This document shows positions 17,148 to 27,788 of a stretch of DNA of 64,000 nt, one piece after another; positions within the stretch are counted from its first letter, which is position 1; each line of letters starts with the position of its first letter. The stretch comes from Chloroflexota bacterium. GTDB taxonomy: Bacteria; Chloroflexota; Limnocylindria; Limnocylindrales; CSP1-4. The notes below the pieces were generated by a model. The model made no database searches. It was given only the letters and a program-made list of their open reading frames with translations, and was not told the DNA's origin. Position numbers and translations under genes: made by a program. The stretch lies in assembly GCA_031369685.1 (NCBI GenBank), contig JANMPD010000099.1, positions 3,076 through 67,075 of the forward strand, read 5' to 3'.

Positions 17148-19973
17148 ATGAGCGTCCCGTTCGTCGGTCGCACGAGCGAGCTTGATTCGCTTGCCTCGCT
17201 GGTGCGTCGCGCTCGCCTCGACCGGGCGCCGATCGCGGCGCTGATCACCGGCCAGCCCGGAAGCGGCAAGAGCAGCCTGCTGGGCGAGCTCCTGGGCGTG
17301 GGGAGCGGTCGCACGGCTCCGCTGCCGAGTGTCCGGGTCGCGGGCTTCGAGCCCATGCAGTCCGTGCCGCTTGCTGCCGTGGGCGACCTGCTTCGACATC
17401 TGGCGAAGGCACCGGGCGAAGGCGCCGTGCTCGATCGGCTGGCCTTCGGTGGGCCCGAAGCCCCGGATCGCGATCCCCTGCGAATCTTCGAGGCCGCCCA
17501 CCGGGCACTCGTCGTCGAGGGCCCGATCCTGATCGTCATCGACGACCTGCAGTGGGTGGATGAGCGGTCGCTGGCGCTGCTTCACTACGTGCTCCATGCG
17601 GCGGCATCGACGCATCAGCCCGTCGCGCTGATCGCGGCCGCGCGGCCTTCTCCGGCCGCCGCGGCGTTCCGCGCGAGCCTCGCGGCAGATCTTCCGGCGG
17701 ATCGTCACGCCCTCATGGAACTAGGGCCGCTCGCCATCGAGGATGGTCGTCGGCTCGCGCGGTCCATAGATCCGGGCCTCGACGAGGCTGAGGCGGGAGA
17801 CCTGTGGCGCCGTGCCGCCGGCTCGCCGTTCTGGGTGGAAGCTCTTGCGAGGACGCGGGAATCCGCCGATCCATCGAGCCTCATCTATGACCGCCTTCGC
17901 GACCTCGGCGCGGACGCTGGCTCTCTCCTCGCCGCACTTGCCGTCGGTGCGCGGCCGTTCGTGGACGAGGAGACCGCCGACCTGCTCGACTGGGAGATCG
18001 ATCGCGTTCGCCTCGCGTCGAACGAACTCGTCGTTCGCGGTCTGGCTCTCGCCGGAGGCGGGACCATCCGCGTCGCTCACGACCTCATCCGCGAAGCAGC
18101 GACGGGGGCCCTTCCAATCGCGGCGCGTCGGCGACTCCATACGAGCTTGGGGACGTGGATCGAAGCCTCCGCGGGAGACGACCTGCCGATGCTTCGTGAG
18201 GCCCTCGACCATCGGGCCGCTGCTGGATTGCCCATGGCCGACCTCGCGACGCGCCTTCTCGCGTCCCCCCGGAGGCGCCTGCTGAGCGGCGACGATCTTC
18301 GACTGCTGGCGTCGATCAGCGACGCCCTCGACCCCGGCGACCCGGACCGGCTCCCGCTCGACCGCCGCCTGGCCGAGCTGGCGGCCGTACTCGGGGAGCA
18401 GGAGCTTGCCGAGCGACGCTGGTCAGCGGTCGGCGACAGCACCACGGACCCACGGGAGCGGCAGCATGCCGAGATCGAGGCGGCCCGAGCCACTTATCGG
18501 CTCGGCCGGCCGACTGATTCGCACGCGCATGTCAACCGCGCCCGTCAGGCCTGGCCGGCGGACGGCCACATCATGATCCAGCTCGATGCACTGCAGGCCG
18601 AGGTCGAGCTCTGGCTCGACCATGAAACCGCCGCCGGGAGCGCGACCGCGGAGAGAGCGCTCACCGGCGCTCGAGCGTTGGCCAGTGACGCGGGCGGCAT
18701 CGACCAACTCGCGCCCGACGGTCGGCGGGCGTACATGGCAGCCCTCGTCGTCGCCGGTGACGCTGCGCTGCAGGAGGACCGCTCCGACGAGGTGATCAAC
18801 CTCAGCGGGACGATCCTGCAGGTAGCCGAGGGACTCGACGACGAGTCATACGTCGCGGCCCTCATTCGCACCGGTTTCGCGCTCCGTCCACTCGGCCGGA
18901 TCAAGGAGTCCGAAGCGCAGTACCGGAAGGCCTGGGACATCTCGAAGCGGCTGGTGCTCCCGACCCTGACCGTTGAGGCCGGCCACGGTCTGGCGCGAGG
19001 GCTTCGAGATATGGGTCATCTCGGCGAAGCTCGAGATATCGCAACCGAGACGGGCCGACTCGAGGCGCGCATCAGGAACGCGCCGAGGCGGTGGGGCAGC
19101 GCCTCCTCCATCGTGCATTCGATCGAGCTCTCGCTCGGCGACCCGGCCGCGGCCATTCGCGCTCTCCGGCACGACGCCGAGACGGAACCAGATCCTCACT
19201 ATCGCCTCGCCATCCACGAGACCGTGGCGGCGTGGCAGGCGCGGTTCGTCGGCCGCAGGGTCGCGGCAGAGGTTGAGGCGGGGCTCGCTGCGGCGCGGGC
19301 CGATTCCGCGCTCGCCCGTTGTCCTCGATGTGCTGCTGAACTGTCGATCGTCTCAGCGGAGCTCCTCGCTCGAATCGGCGAGGTTGCGTCCGCCCGGGAT
19401 GCGCTGGCAGCCTGGGACGAGGGGACGACGCGCCTATACCTCCAAAGGGACCTCTGGCGGATGCGCGCGACGGCGTCGATTGCGAGCGCCGAAGGTGACG
19501 ACGGACAGGCCGTCTCCATCCTCGAGCGATACGCGCAAGTTCTCTCTCGCGGGGGCCTCATCGAGGATCTCCTGTGGGCTCGGCTCGACCTCGGCCGGAG
19601 CCTGGCCCTGACCGACCGCGCGCGAGCCGTCTCCGCATTCACGGAAGCGGCCGAGCTGGCGGAGCAGATCGGCGCAAGCAGTCAGGCAAGGCTGGCGGCT
19701 CAGGCCCTGCGCCGTCTGGGCGTGCGGGCCTGGCGCCGTGGTGGTGCGACTGCCGGAGAAGGGCTCGCCAGCCTCAGCGGGCGGGAACACGAGATTGCCG
19801 GCCTCGTGGCCGACGGCGGCAGCAACCGCGAGATCGCGGAAGCGCTGCTCATCTCGCCGAAGACGGTAGAGCGCCACGTGACGAACGTCCTGGCCAAGCT
19901 CGGGCTTCGCAATCGGACCGAGGTGGCGTCGCTGATTCGCTCCGGCCTGGTACGGGATTCACCCGATGAATGA
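17148..19973 (+). CDS. LuxR-family transcriptional regulator with N-terminal AAA/STAND-like ATPase (LAL type)
   Basis: Walker A GQPGSGKSSLL. Long helical/TPR-like middle region. C-terminal LuxR HTH (LSGREHEIAGLVADGGSNREIAEALLISPKTVERHVTNVLAKLG). Confidence 0.85.
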   Translation: MSVPFVGRTSELDSLASLVRRARLDRAPIAALITGQPGSGKSSLLGELLGVGSGRTAPLPSVRVAGFEPMQSVPLAAVGDLLRHLAKAPGEGAVLDRLAFGGPEAPDRDPLRIFEAAHRALVVEGPILIVIDDLQWVDERSLALLHYVLHAAASTHQPVALIAAARPSPAAAAFRASLAADLPADRHALMELGPLAIEDGRRLARSIDPGLDEAEAGDLWRRAAGSPFWVEALARTRESADPSSLIYDRLRDLGADAGSLLAALAVGARPFVDEETADLLDWEIDRVRLASNELVVRGLALAGGGTIRVAHDLIREAATGALPIAARRRLHTSLGTWIEASAGDDLPMLREALDHRAAAGLPMADLATRLLASPRRRLLSGDDLRLLASISDALDPGDPDRLPLDRRLAELAAVLGEQELAERRWSAVGDSTTDPRERQHAEIEAARATYRLGRPTDSHAHVNRARQAWPADGHIMIQLDALQAEVELWLDHETAAGSATAERALTGARALASDAGGIDQLAPDGRRAYMAALVVAGDAALQEDRSDEVINLSGTILQVAEGLDDESYVAALIRTGFALRPLGRIKESEAQYRKAWDISKRLVLPTLTVEAGHGLARGLRDMGHLGEARDIATETGRLEARIRNAPRRWGSASSIVHSIELSLGDPAAAIRALRHDAETEPDPHYRLAIHETVAAWQARFVGRRVAAEVEAGLAAARADSALARCPRCAAELSIVSAELLARIGEVASARDALAAWDEGTTRLYLQRDLWRMRATASIASAEGDDGQAVSILERYAQVLSRGGLIEDLLWARLDLGRSLALTDRARAVSAFTEAAELAEQIGASSQARLAAQALRRLGVRAWRRGGATAGEGLASLSGREHEIAGLVADGGSNREIAEALLISPKTVERHVTNVLAKLGLRNRTEVASLIRSGLVRDSPDE

Positions 19974-20041
19974 GGGTCCGATCCCGGCCTAACCTCGCCC
20001 GGCGACCCAGAACGGGTCCCGAAGTCGGCGAGGAGAGTCCC

Positions 20042-20377
20042 ATGGCCATCGCGATGCTCATCGCGGGTCCGGACGCCGCCGAACCAACCGTCGGGCCCGA
20101 GGCGGCCGAGCGGCTGGCCCAGATCGGGATCAGCCGAATCTCGCTGCTCGCGGACCGTCTGGGAGTCGGGGTCGTGCTGGAGGGCTGGGCATTCGACCCT
20201 ACCCGCATTGGCGAAGCTGTCCGCGCAATCTTCCCGGACGGCACTGATGGTGTGCGGATCCTTCACGAGGTTGAACTCGTGACGGTGGCCGCGACATCAA
20301 GCGCGACGAGAGACGCAACTCGTCGTCGACGGCGCGCGTTGGATCGGGGAAAAGGGGTGGACGTGGGAAGCCTTTGA
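20042..20377 (+). CDS. Hypothetical protein
   Basis: ATG preceded by GAGGAGAG 4 nt upstream. GC3-rich. No recognisable domain. Confidence 0.35.
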   Translation: MAIAMLIAGPDAAEPTVGPEAAERLAQIGISRISLLADRLGVGVVLEGWAFDPTRIGEAVRAIFPDGTDGVRILHEVELVTVAATSSATRDATRRRRRALDRGKGVDVGSL

Positions 20378-20476
20378 TCGATGCCTCTCCAGATCGATGC
20401 CTCTCCGGGGCGGGTCCTTCCAGATCGGAAGTGCCGCCCTGGAACCCACCGCCCTCAGCACAATTGGAGAACTGTC

Positions 20477-20953
20477 ATGACAAGCAGGAAAATGCGTTCC
20501 GCGCTTCGCAGTCCGCTGCTCGCGCTGTTCCTGGTCGCCGTCTTCGCGGGCACCGCCATCGCCACGAGCGCGAGCGGATTCGTTGGCACACCGCTGTCTC
20601 GGGTGACGATGTCCGAGCCGGTGCATTTCAACACCGGCGCTGTCAAGTTCCAGACGAAGGCAGCTGTCGACGTTGCCACAGCGACCGTGACTGTCGCTCC
20701 GGGGGGCACCTCCGGTTGGCATTCGCACCCCGGGATCGTGATCGTCTCCGTGAAGACCGGCAGCGTCACCCGCTATGACCAGACATGCGCAGGCACGGTC
20801 CACGGTGCTGGCACGGCCTTTGTTGAGACCGCCGGTGACGGACCGGGCATGGTTCTGAACCTAAGTCCCACGGACGTTGCCGTCCTGTACGTCACGTACG
20901 TGGTTCCGACCGGGGCCGCCCTGCGGATCGACGAGGCAAACCCGGGCTGCTGA
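20477..20953 (+). CDS. Secreted cupin-like protein
   Basis: GGAGA RBS. Signal peptide MRSALRSPLLALFLVAVFAGTAIA. GWHSHPG cupin motif. Confidence 0.6.
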   Translation: MTSRKMRSALRSPLLALFLVAVFAGTAIATSASGFVGTPLSRVTMSEPVHFNTGAVKFQTKAAVDVATATVTVAPGGTSGWHSHPGIVIVSVKTGSVTRYDQTCAGTVHGAGTAFVETAGDGPGMVLNLSPTDVAVLYVTYVVPTGAALRIDEANPGC

Positions 20954-20981
20954 CGGCACGCTGGATCTCCCGCAGTTACCC

Positions 20982-21013
20982 AATGGAGCCCCTCTTGGTG
21001 GAGGGGCTCCATT
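20982..21013. terminator. Perfect 13-bp inverted repeat hairpin
   Basis: aatggagcccctc-ttggtg-gaggggctccatt, 30 nt after the cupin stop. Confidence 0.4.
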
Positions 21014-21232
21014 CATCTCGCGGCGATGTCGCCGATTGGCGTTGACGTCCATCGGGCGATCGGCTTAGGACCGGCCGCACCCAGACCACGAACGGGCCGA
21101 AGCGTGGAACGCTGCGGGCTACTGAACGGACACCCGCCAGAAGAATCGCGGCCACGTGAAGGTCCACGGCCCCAGGTTCACCGAGGCGTCCAACTGGACG
21201 AGGTATTCGCCTGGCGCGAGCGGTGCCTTCAC

Positions 21233-21847
21233 TCATGCGGAGATGACCGCTCGATCGCCGTACCCGAGGACACGACCGCCGTGCTCCGGGGTGATCCCTT
21301 CCTGCTCACCCTCCGTTAGGCCGGCGAGTGCGGATACAGGGGCGATGGTGCTGGTCCACGAGTGCATGCCGGCAGCCTCGGGGCTGGCGGCGATGCGATC
21401 GATGGAAAACAGGTACCCGGTCGGCACAGCGAACGTCATCGTTCCGCCCGGGCTTACCACGACCGGTTCGGCGTTCAACTTGAACTCGTGCGGACCGCAC
21501 GAGTCCGAGCCGTAGATCGCGCCGTTGAGCCAGAGGCTGCCGCAGCCTCCGAGATCCGAGTTCGGCGTCGCGCCGCCAGCGGCCGTGAGCGTCGCCGACC
21601 CGAAGACAGGCGGAGGCGTCGGCACCGGCCCAGTCGGCAACGGTTCGGGTTGGGACGCGGTAGGCGTCGGGGCCGGTGTCGGCCCGTCGGTCGGCACGAT
21701 CGTGACGGGCGGCGTGGCGACCGGTTCCTTCGAGGGTGTCGCGGCCAGGGTCGGCGTGGGGCCGGGCTCGAGGGATGGGGAGGGCGAAGCGGTCGAGATG
21801 GCACACGCGGCGAGGAAGAACGGCACGAGAATGGCAGCGGCTCTCAT
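21233..21847 (-). CDS. Hypothetical lipoprotein with a Pro/Thr-rich linker
   Basis: Lipobox FFLAACAIS followed by a PT-rich low-complexity region and a C-terminal globular part. Confidence 0.5.
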   Translation of the reverse strand: MRAAAILVPFFLAACAISTASPSPSLEPGPTPTLAATPSKEPVATPPVTIVPTDGPTPAPTPTASQPEPLPTGPVPTPPPVFGSATLTAAGGATPNSDLGGCGSLWLNGAIYGSDSCGPHEFKLNAEPVVVSPGGTMTFAVPTGYLFSIDRIAASPEAAGMHSWTSTIAPVSALAGLTEGEQEGITPEHGGRVLGYGDRAVISA

Positions 21848-21933
21848 TGGGTGGACCTCCAGCCTCAGGGACGCGCGGGGACCGGACGTTGATACGCGCT
21901 GACGTGGACCGCCTGACCGGAGGAAACCCCGGC

Positions 21934-23157
21934 CTATACGGTTGGACTCGGGTCGGGCTCCGCGGAGGGTTCCTCCGGATCGGGATCACCGACATCGGCA
22001 TCGGTGAGCGGATTGGGCTCGCGCGGGACACGGATCGAGCGGCCCTCGCGCTGCTGGAGGCGTTGCGCGGCGCGCGCTGCGACTGGTCCGGCCTCGACGC
22101 TCTGGCCCAGCCAGTGGAAGAAGAAGGCGGACAGGACCGCAGCGATCGGAATGCCGAAGATCGCACCGCTGATCCCCGCGATCTTGCCGCCGACGAGGAC
22201 GGATCCAAGGACGACGATCGGATGGATCCGTAGCGCCTGGGCCATGAGGCGGGGTTGGAGCACGTTCATCACGACGAGCCAGCCGGCGGCCATCACGACG
22301 AGTGTCCCGAGCGCCGCCTCCGGCTTGGTGACCATCGCCACGAGCACGGGCGGCGTCCAGGCGAGGAAAGGCCCGAAGAACGGGATCGCCATGAGCAGCC
22401 CGGCGGAGGCGGCGGTCCCGGCAAGGTAGGTCAGGCCGAAGATCGCGCTCGCAAGCACGGCCACCGCGCTGTAGACGATCCCCAGGACCGCCTGGCCGCG
22501 AAGGAAGCCGCCAAACGACCGCGCGACGCTCCGCTCAAGGAGCCGTCCTTCCTCCTTGTACTGGGGCGGCACGAGCCGGAAGGCCGAGGCCACGAGACGA
22601 TCCCGGTCCGCGACCATGTACAACGACAGGACAACGATGAGGAGCAGGTTCGCAAGAGCGCCGAGGCTGGCGACGGCCACCTGTTGAAGGGGTTCGGCAA
22701 GCTGCGTCGCGTAGCGGTTCAGGTTGTCGAGGAACGCCGCGCCCTGGGTCGCCAGGTCGATATCCAACCCGACACCATCGAGTCGTGCCTGCCAGGGGGA
22801 CAGAATGATGGGCAGCTCGTCGCGCAGGGTTGGAACGCTCGCGATGAAATCGGCAATCGAACTCGCCAGGGCGCCTGCGACGGTCACGGCGAGGATGACG
22901 AGCGCACCGAACAGCAGGATGTAGACGACCATCACGGCCCCCGCCCGCGACAGGAACGGGACGGTGGCCACTCGGGCCACGATCGGGGTCAGGATGAAGG
23001 CGAGCAGCCAGGCCAGGAAGAAGACGAGGATGATGTCGCCGAATGCCGCGAGCAGATTCGCGAGGAACCCGAGGACGACAAAGGTCAGCGCGATCGCGGC
23101 GAGAATCAGGACGATATCCAGCCAGCGTCGTTCCCGCGGCGTCAGCTCAAAGCTCAA
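21934..23157 (-). CDS. AI-2E family transporter (PerM/YdiK-like)
   Basis: Eight TM helices with AI-2E signature regions (LVFFLAWLLAFILTPIV; MAIPFFGPFLAWTPPVL). Confidence 0.8.
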   Translation of the reverse strand: MSFELTPRERRWLDIVLILAAIALTFVVLGFLANLLAAFGDIILVFFLAWLLAFILTPIVARVATVPFLSRAGAVMVVYILLFGALVILAVTVAGALASSIADFIASVPTLRDELPIILSPWQARLDGVGLDIDLATQGAAFLDNLNRYATQLAEPLQQVAVASLGALANLLLIVVLSLYMVADRDRLVASAFRLVPPQYKEEGRLLERSVARSFGGFLRGQAVLGIVYSAVAVLASAIFGLTYLAGTAASAGLLMAIPFFGPFLAWTPPVLVAMVTKPEAALGTLVVMAAGWLVVMNVLQPRLMAQALRIHPIVVLGSVLVGGKIAGISGAIFGIPIAAVLSAFFFHWLGQSVEAGPVAARAAQRLQQREGRSIRVPREPNPLTDADVGDPDPEEPSAEPDPSPTV

Positions 23158-23187
23158 GTCGCCCGCCTCCCTCGGTCCGGATCCGGC

Positions 23188-24186
23188 CTACCGGAGCCCC
23201 ATCTTCTCGCGAACCTCATCCATGGTCGCCGTCGCGATCGGCTTGAGGTGATCGGCGCCCGCCTCGAGCACGCCATCGACTTGCTCCGGGTGCGCCATCA
23301 GGTCCGCGTAGCGTTCCCGGGCTCCCGCGTAGTGCCGGATGATCCGCTCCGCCAGGAGTCGCTTCATGTCGACGCACCCGGTGATCGCCTGCCGCTCGCC
23401 CTCCCAGAGCTGGAGGTAGTCCTCGCCGAAGAACCGCTGGAGCTGGCAGACGTTGCAGACCTCGGGTCGGCCGGGATCGGTCCGTTTGATCCGCTGCGTA
23501 TCGGTGACCATCGATATGACCTGGCGCCGGATATCGTCCTCCGACGCGAAGATCTCGATCGTGTTGTTGAGCGACTTGGACATCTTTCGCACGCCGTCGG
23601 TGCCGAGGACGACCGGCGCCTCCGTGAACACGGCCTGCGGCTCGGGGAAGGTCTCGCCGTAGCGGTGATTGAATGCCCGGACGATCTCGCGCGACAGCTC
23701 CAGGTGGGCGGCCTGATCCTTGCCGACCGGCACCGTCGAAGCCTTGTAGATGACGATGTCCGCGGCCTGCAGGACCGGGTAGGTCAGCAGGCCGTGATTG
23801 ATGTCGTCCGGCTGGTTGAGCTTCTTCTCCTTGTACGTCGGCGTCCGCTCGAGCCAGCTGACGGGCGTGACGGTCGTGAGAAGCCAGGCAAGCTCCGTGT
23901 GCTCGGGCCGATGGCTCTGCACGAACAGGGTGCACTGCTCAGGATCCAGGCCGAGGGCCAGCAGGGCCGCCGCCATCTCGCGGGTCTGGCGCCGCATCCG
24001 GGCTGGGTCGTGGGTGCTGGTGAGGGCGTGGTAGTCGACGATGCAGTAGATCGCCTCGAACTCGTACTGGAGCCGAACGTAGTTCCGGATGGCGCCGAGG
24101 TCGTTGCCGATGTGGGGGGCCCCGGACGGCTGGATCCCGCTGAACGTGCGCGCAACGGTGGAGCCGACGGAGGCATTGGTGGGCAT
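23188..24186 (-). CDS. trpS: Tryptophan--tRNA ligase
   Basis: Class I aaRS motifs: FSGIQPSGAPHIGN (HIGH-like) and KMSKS. Alternative start at 24240. The 24642 start is rejected. Confidence 0.9.
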   Translation of the reverse strand: MPTNASVGSTVARTFSGIQPSGAPHIGNDLGAIRNYVRLQYEFEAIYCIVDYHALTSTHDPARMRRQTREMAAALLALGLDPEQCTLFVQSHRPEHTELAWLLTTVTPVSWLERTPTYKEKKLNQPDDINHGLLTYPVLQAADIVIYKASTVPVGKDQAAHLELSREIVRAFNHRYGETFPEPQAVFTEAPVVLGTDGVRKMSKSLNNTIEIFASEDDIRRQVISMVTDTQRIKRTDPGRPEVCNVCQLQRFFGEDYLQLWEGERQAITGCVDMKRLLAERIIRHYAGARERYADLMAHPEQVDGVLEAGADHLKPIATATMDEVREKMGLR

Positions 24187-24325
24187 CGTCAATCGAGTGT
24201 AGCGGAGCCAATGCCGCTCGGAGGTCGTGGGTTGATCCATGGTCCCGGCGCGCGCGGTGGGCAACCTCGTACCATCACGCGGTGACCTGCCGCGATCCCC
24301 TCCACCGATCCACCCGAGGACCCCG

Positions 24326-25438
24326 ATGAGTGCGCCGATGCGCGTTGCCGTGCTCGGCGCCGGGTCGGTAGGTCGAGAGGTCGTTCGCGCCCTGCTCGAA
24401 CGGGCAGATGAGCTTCGGGCGGCCGATGGTTCTCCGATCGTGCTCGCAGGCGTGGCCGTTCGCGACGTTGGCCGGGCGGCAGCAGCCGGCATCCCCGAGG
24501 CGCTGCTGACCGATGCGCCGGCCCATCTCGTGGCAGATCCAGACACGGACGTGGTCATCGAACTCATGGGCGGAGACGAACCGGCCCACACCTTCATCTC
24601 GGCAGCGCTCGCCGCCGGCAAACCGGTGGTGACCGCCAACAAGCACGTGATTGCCTACCACGGCGCCGAACTCGAAGCAACCGCGCGCCGGATCGGGACG
24701 CCGCTCCGGTTCGAGGCGGCTGTCGGTGGCGGGATCCCGGTGCTCGGCCCGATCGCGGCCGAACTGGCGGCCAATCGCCTGGACGCCGTGCGCGGCATCG
24801 TCAACGGCACGACCAACTTCATCCTGACGGCGATGAGCCGCGACGCGCGGCCGTACACGGACGTGCTTGACGACGCCCAGGCCGCGGGCTATGCCGAAGC
24901 GGACCCGACCGGCGACGTGGAGGGCCACGATGCGGCCAACAAGCTGGTGATCCTGGCGCGACTTGCCTTTGGGCTGTGGCTCGAGCCCGTGACGATTCGC
25001 CTCGCGCCGTCGGCCGCTGGTGGCTCTCCCGGCCTCTCCGGGATCACCGGTGTGACCATCCCGGACATCGAGGCCGCCGCCGCTGAGGGGTTCGCGATCA
25101 AACTCATCGCGGCGGCCGTTCGAACACCGGCCGGGATCGAGGCATCGGTGCTCCCCTCGGCCGTGGAGCGGGAATCGCCACTCGGGCAAACCGACGGCGT
25201 GCTCAACCGCATCGAAGTTGATGGCTGGCCCATCGGGTCTGTCGCGTTCGCCGGGCCCGGAGCGGGCGGCGCGGCGACCTCGTCGGCCGTGCTTGCCGAC
25301 CTCGTCGCCCTCTCGCGGCATGGCGGCAGCACCTGGGCCGGCCTCGGGCCGGCCTCGGGGCCGGCCGCAGCGTTGGCACCGCTGGACGGCGACGTGTTCG
25401 TCGGTCCGTCGGGTGTTGCCTATCCGGTGATCAGATGA
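24326..25438 (+). CDS. hom: Homoserine dehydrogenase
   Basis: [18 protein letters not shown]-binding site. ANKHV and GTTNFIL motifs. Partial C-terminal ACT region. Confidence 0.9.
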   Translation: MSAPMRVAVLGAGSVGREVVRALLERADELRAADGSPIVLAGVAVRDVGRAAAAGIPEALLTDAPAHLVADPDTDVVIELMGGDEPAHTFISAALAAGKPVVTANKHVIAYHGAELEATARRIGTPLRFEAAVGGGIPVLGPIAAELAANRLDAVRGIVNGTTNFILTAMSRDARPYTDVLDDAQAAGYAEADPTGDVEGHDAANKLVILARLAFGLWLEPVTIRLAPSAAGGSPGLSGITGVTIPDIEAAAAEGFAIKLIAAAVRTPAGIEASVLPSAVERESPLGQTDGVLNRIEVDGWPIGSVAFAGPGAGGAATSSAVLADLVALSRHGGSTWAGLGPASGPAAALAPLDGDVFVGPSGVAYPVIR

Positions 25439-26508
25439 CCGACGCGAAGGCCCGACCCGGGCTCCTCGCCCGATATGGCGCGCGGCTGCCGATCACCGTG
25501 GCCACGCCACACCTGTCTCTCGGAGAGGGAAGCACGGCGCTCGTCGCTGTTCCGAGGCTTGGTGCGCAGGTAGGGGTCCCGAACCTCCACGTCAAGCTCG
25601 AGGGCATGAACCCGACCGGCTCGTTCAAGGATCGGGGCATGGTCGTGGCCGTGGCCAAGGCGCTCGAGGCGGGCGCCAGATCCGTGATCTGCGCGTCGAC
25701 GGGCAACACGTCCGCGTCAGCCGCGGCCTACGGGGCGGCCGCCGGCATCGAGGTGGTCGTCGTCCTCCCCAGGGGGGCCATCGCGATCGGAAAGCTGCTC
25801 CAGGCGCTGATGGCGGGGGCGCGGGTCGTGGCCGTGGATGGCAACTTCGATCAGGCCCTCCACGTTGTCCGCGAGATGGCTTCCGACCTGAACCACCCGA
25901 TCACCCTCGTCAATTCAGTCAACCCGTATCGACTCGCCGGGCAGAAGACCGCGGCGTTCGAGATCTGCGACGATCTTGGCCGGGTCCCCGATTACCTGGC
26001 GATCCCGGTCGGCAATGCCGGCAACATCAGCGCCTACTGGTCGGGGTTCACGGAGTACGCAGAAGCCGGGATCGTCGAGGGACGGCCGCGGATGCTCGGG
26101 TTCCAGGCTGCAGGCGCCGCGCCGATCGTCCTCGGACATGCCGTTGAGCATCCGGAAACGATCGCGACCGCCATTCGAATCGGCAATCCAGCATCGTGGT
26201 CGCTGGCCACCGCAGCCAGGGACGAATCCGGGGGGCGAATCGAGGCCGTAACCGACCGGGAGATCCTTGCTGCCTATGGGGACCTGGCGCGCCTTGAGGG
26301 CATATTCTGCGAACCATCGTCGGCCGCCAGTGTTGCCGGCATCCGCAAGATGGCGCAGGCGGGCGCCATCGAGCCCGAATCGCTGGTCGTGGCTGTTCTG
26401 ACCGGCAATGGCCTGAAAGACCCCGAGACGGCGGAACGGACGGCTGGTGCCGGGATCATCGAGTCGCGTGCCGACGTCGACTCGGTACGTATGGCGTTGG
26501 GTTGGTAA
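25435..26508 (+). CDS. thrC: Threonine synthase
   Basis: PLP motif [12 protein letters not shown]. 4-nt overlap with hom. Confidence 0.9.
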   Translation: MTDAKARPGLLARYGARLPITVATPHLSLGEGSTALVAVPRLGAQVGVPNLHVKLEGMNPTGSFKDRGMVVAVAKALEAGARSVICASTGNTSASAAAYGAAAGIEVVVVLPRGAIAIGKLLQALMAGARVVAVDGNFDQALHVVREMASDLNHPITLVNSVNPYRLAGQKTAAFEICDDLGRVPDYLAIPVGNAGNISAYWSGFTEYAEAGIVEGRPRMLGFQAAGAAPIVLGHAVEHPETIATAIRIGNPASWSLATAARDESGGRIEAVTDREILAAYGDLARLEGIFCEPSSAASVAGIRKMAQAGAIEPESLVVAVLTGNGLKDPETAERTAGAGIIESRADVDSVRMALGW

Positions 26509-26530
26509 GTGGTGTGAGGTTCGCAGGCGG

Positions 26531-27493
26531 ATGACAACGAGCTGGTTGGCCGAGCTGGATGGACACCGCGTTGGAGTGGAGGTGCCGGCGTCGACGGCGA
26601 ACCTCGGTGCCGGCTATGACTGCCTGGGGATGGCCCTCGACCTCACCAACAAGATCGTCCTGGAAGTTGCCGGTTGGAACAAGCCCGAACACGAGTTGAC
26701 GGTCATCGGCCAGGGCGAAGGCGAGCTCGAGCCCGATGACGAGAACCGGTTCATTCTCGGCGTCGAGGCGGCGATCATCGAGGTCCACGGCGAGGTTCCG
26801 AAGGGCGCGTCCTGGCGGATCGAAATGACGAACAAGATCCCGCTGGCGCGCGGCCTCGGCTCGAGCGCCGCGGCCACCGTAGGCGGGCTCCTCGCGGCGA
26901 ACGCGCTGCTCGGCGACGTGCTGTCCACGAGCGACATGCTCCGGCTCGCGACCCGGATCGAGGGTCACCCCGATAACGCGGCCGCGGTCCTGCTCGGCGG
27001 GTTCGTCGTATCGCTGGCCGTCGGCGATTCCGTCGAGGCAATCCGGTTCGATGTCCAGCGCGGAATCCGGGCCGTGGTGTTCATCCCCGAACTCCGCCTG
27101 CCGACGAACGAGATGCGGCGGGCCTTGCCGGACAGCGTGCCGCGCGCCGACGCGGTTGCCAACCTCGGGCGTGTCGCGATCGGCGTGGCCGGCATGGCGA
27201 CCGGGCGAAGCGACATCCTGCGGCTGCTGACCGAGGACCGCCTGCATGAGCCGTACCGAGCCGCGGTGTATCCGCAGCTGCCGCGCCTCGTGGCCGACGC
27301 GCGAGCGGCCGGCGCGATCGGTGCGTGCCTGAGTGGCGCCGGCTCGGCGATCATCGCCTTCACCAACAAGGTCTCGATCGTCGCCGCAATCGAGGCGGCA
27401 TTCCGGGCCACGGCGGCAGACACGGATCTGCCGGGGCGGGTCGAGGTCCTCAAGCCACGCAACAATGGGGCGGCGATCCTGCCCAAGGCCTGA
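26531..27493 (+). CDS. thrB: Homoserine kinase
   Basis: GHMP kinase motifs (PLARGLGSSAAA). Completes the hom-thrC-thrB cluster. Confidence 0.85.
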   Translation: MTTSWLAELDGHRVGVEVPASTANLGAGYDCLGMALDLTNKIVLEVAGWNKPEHELTVIGQGEGELEPDDENRFILGVEAAIIEVHGEVPKGASWRIEMTNKIPLARGLGSSAAATVGGLLAANALLGDVLSTSDMLRLATRIEGHPDNAAAVLLGGFVVSLAVGDSVEAIRFDVQRGIRAVVFIPELRLPTNEMRRALPDSVPRADAVANLGRVAIGVAGMATGRSDILRLLTEDRLHEPYRAAVYPQLPRLVADARAAGAIGACLSGAGSAIIAFTNKVSIVAAIEAAFRATAADTDLPGRVEVLKPRNNGAAILPKA

Positions 27494-27526
27494 GCCTGGG
27501 TTGACGCGCGGGACGACACTGCGCAG

Positions 27527-27721
27527 GTGGAGCAAGTGGGGAACCTCCTGCAGTCGGTTGCCCAGGGGCTGGCCGGCTTGATCGCCGGAGCGTTCCGGGC
27601 CGTGAGCCTTGCTGTCTACGGCGTCTTCCACGCGCTCCAGACCGCGCTGCCGGGCCCGTGGCTGCCGATCGTGGTGGCTGGCGTCATCGCCCTGGTGATC
27701 TGGCTTCGGGCGAGGAACTGA
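27527..27721 (+). CDS. Hypothetical small membrane protein
   Basis: 64 aa with two hydrophobic helices. Weak evidence. Confidence 0.25.
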   Translation: MEQVGNLLQSVAQGLAGLIAGAFRAVSLAVYGVFHALQTALPGPWLPIVVAGVIALVIWLRARN

Positions 27722-27788
27722 TCCGGGCCGCTCAGCCGGCCCAAACCCCGTCCCGTTGGTGCGAACCTCCGTCAGGTGGTCCGCGCCC

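Noticed and set aside
15768-17708. 646-aa minus-strand ORF
   Set aside because: It is antisense to the well-supported CrtI-like oxidoreductase and LAL genes, and its Arg/Gly/Asp-rich composition is a high-GC mirror-frame artefact.
22255-24285. 676-aa plus-strand ORF
   Set aside because: It is antisense to the AI-2E transporter and trpS, and its composition is Arg/Glu/Asp/Gly-rich without domains.
23188-24642. 484-aa TrpS ORF with a 150-aa Ser/Ala/Thr-rich N-extension
   Set aside because: The extension is low-complexity and would run antisense into hom. The canonical TrpRS N-terminus (…FSGIQPSG) begins shortly after the Met at 24186.
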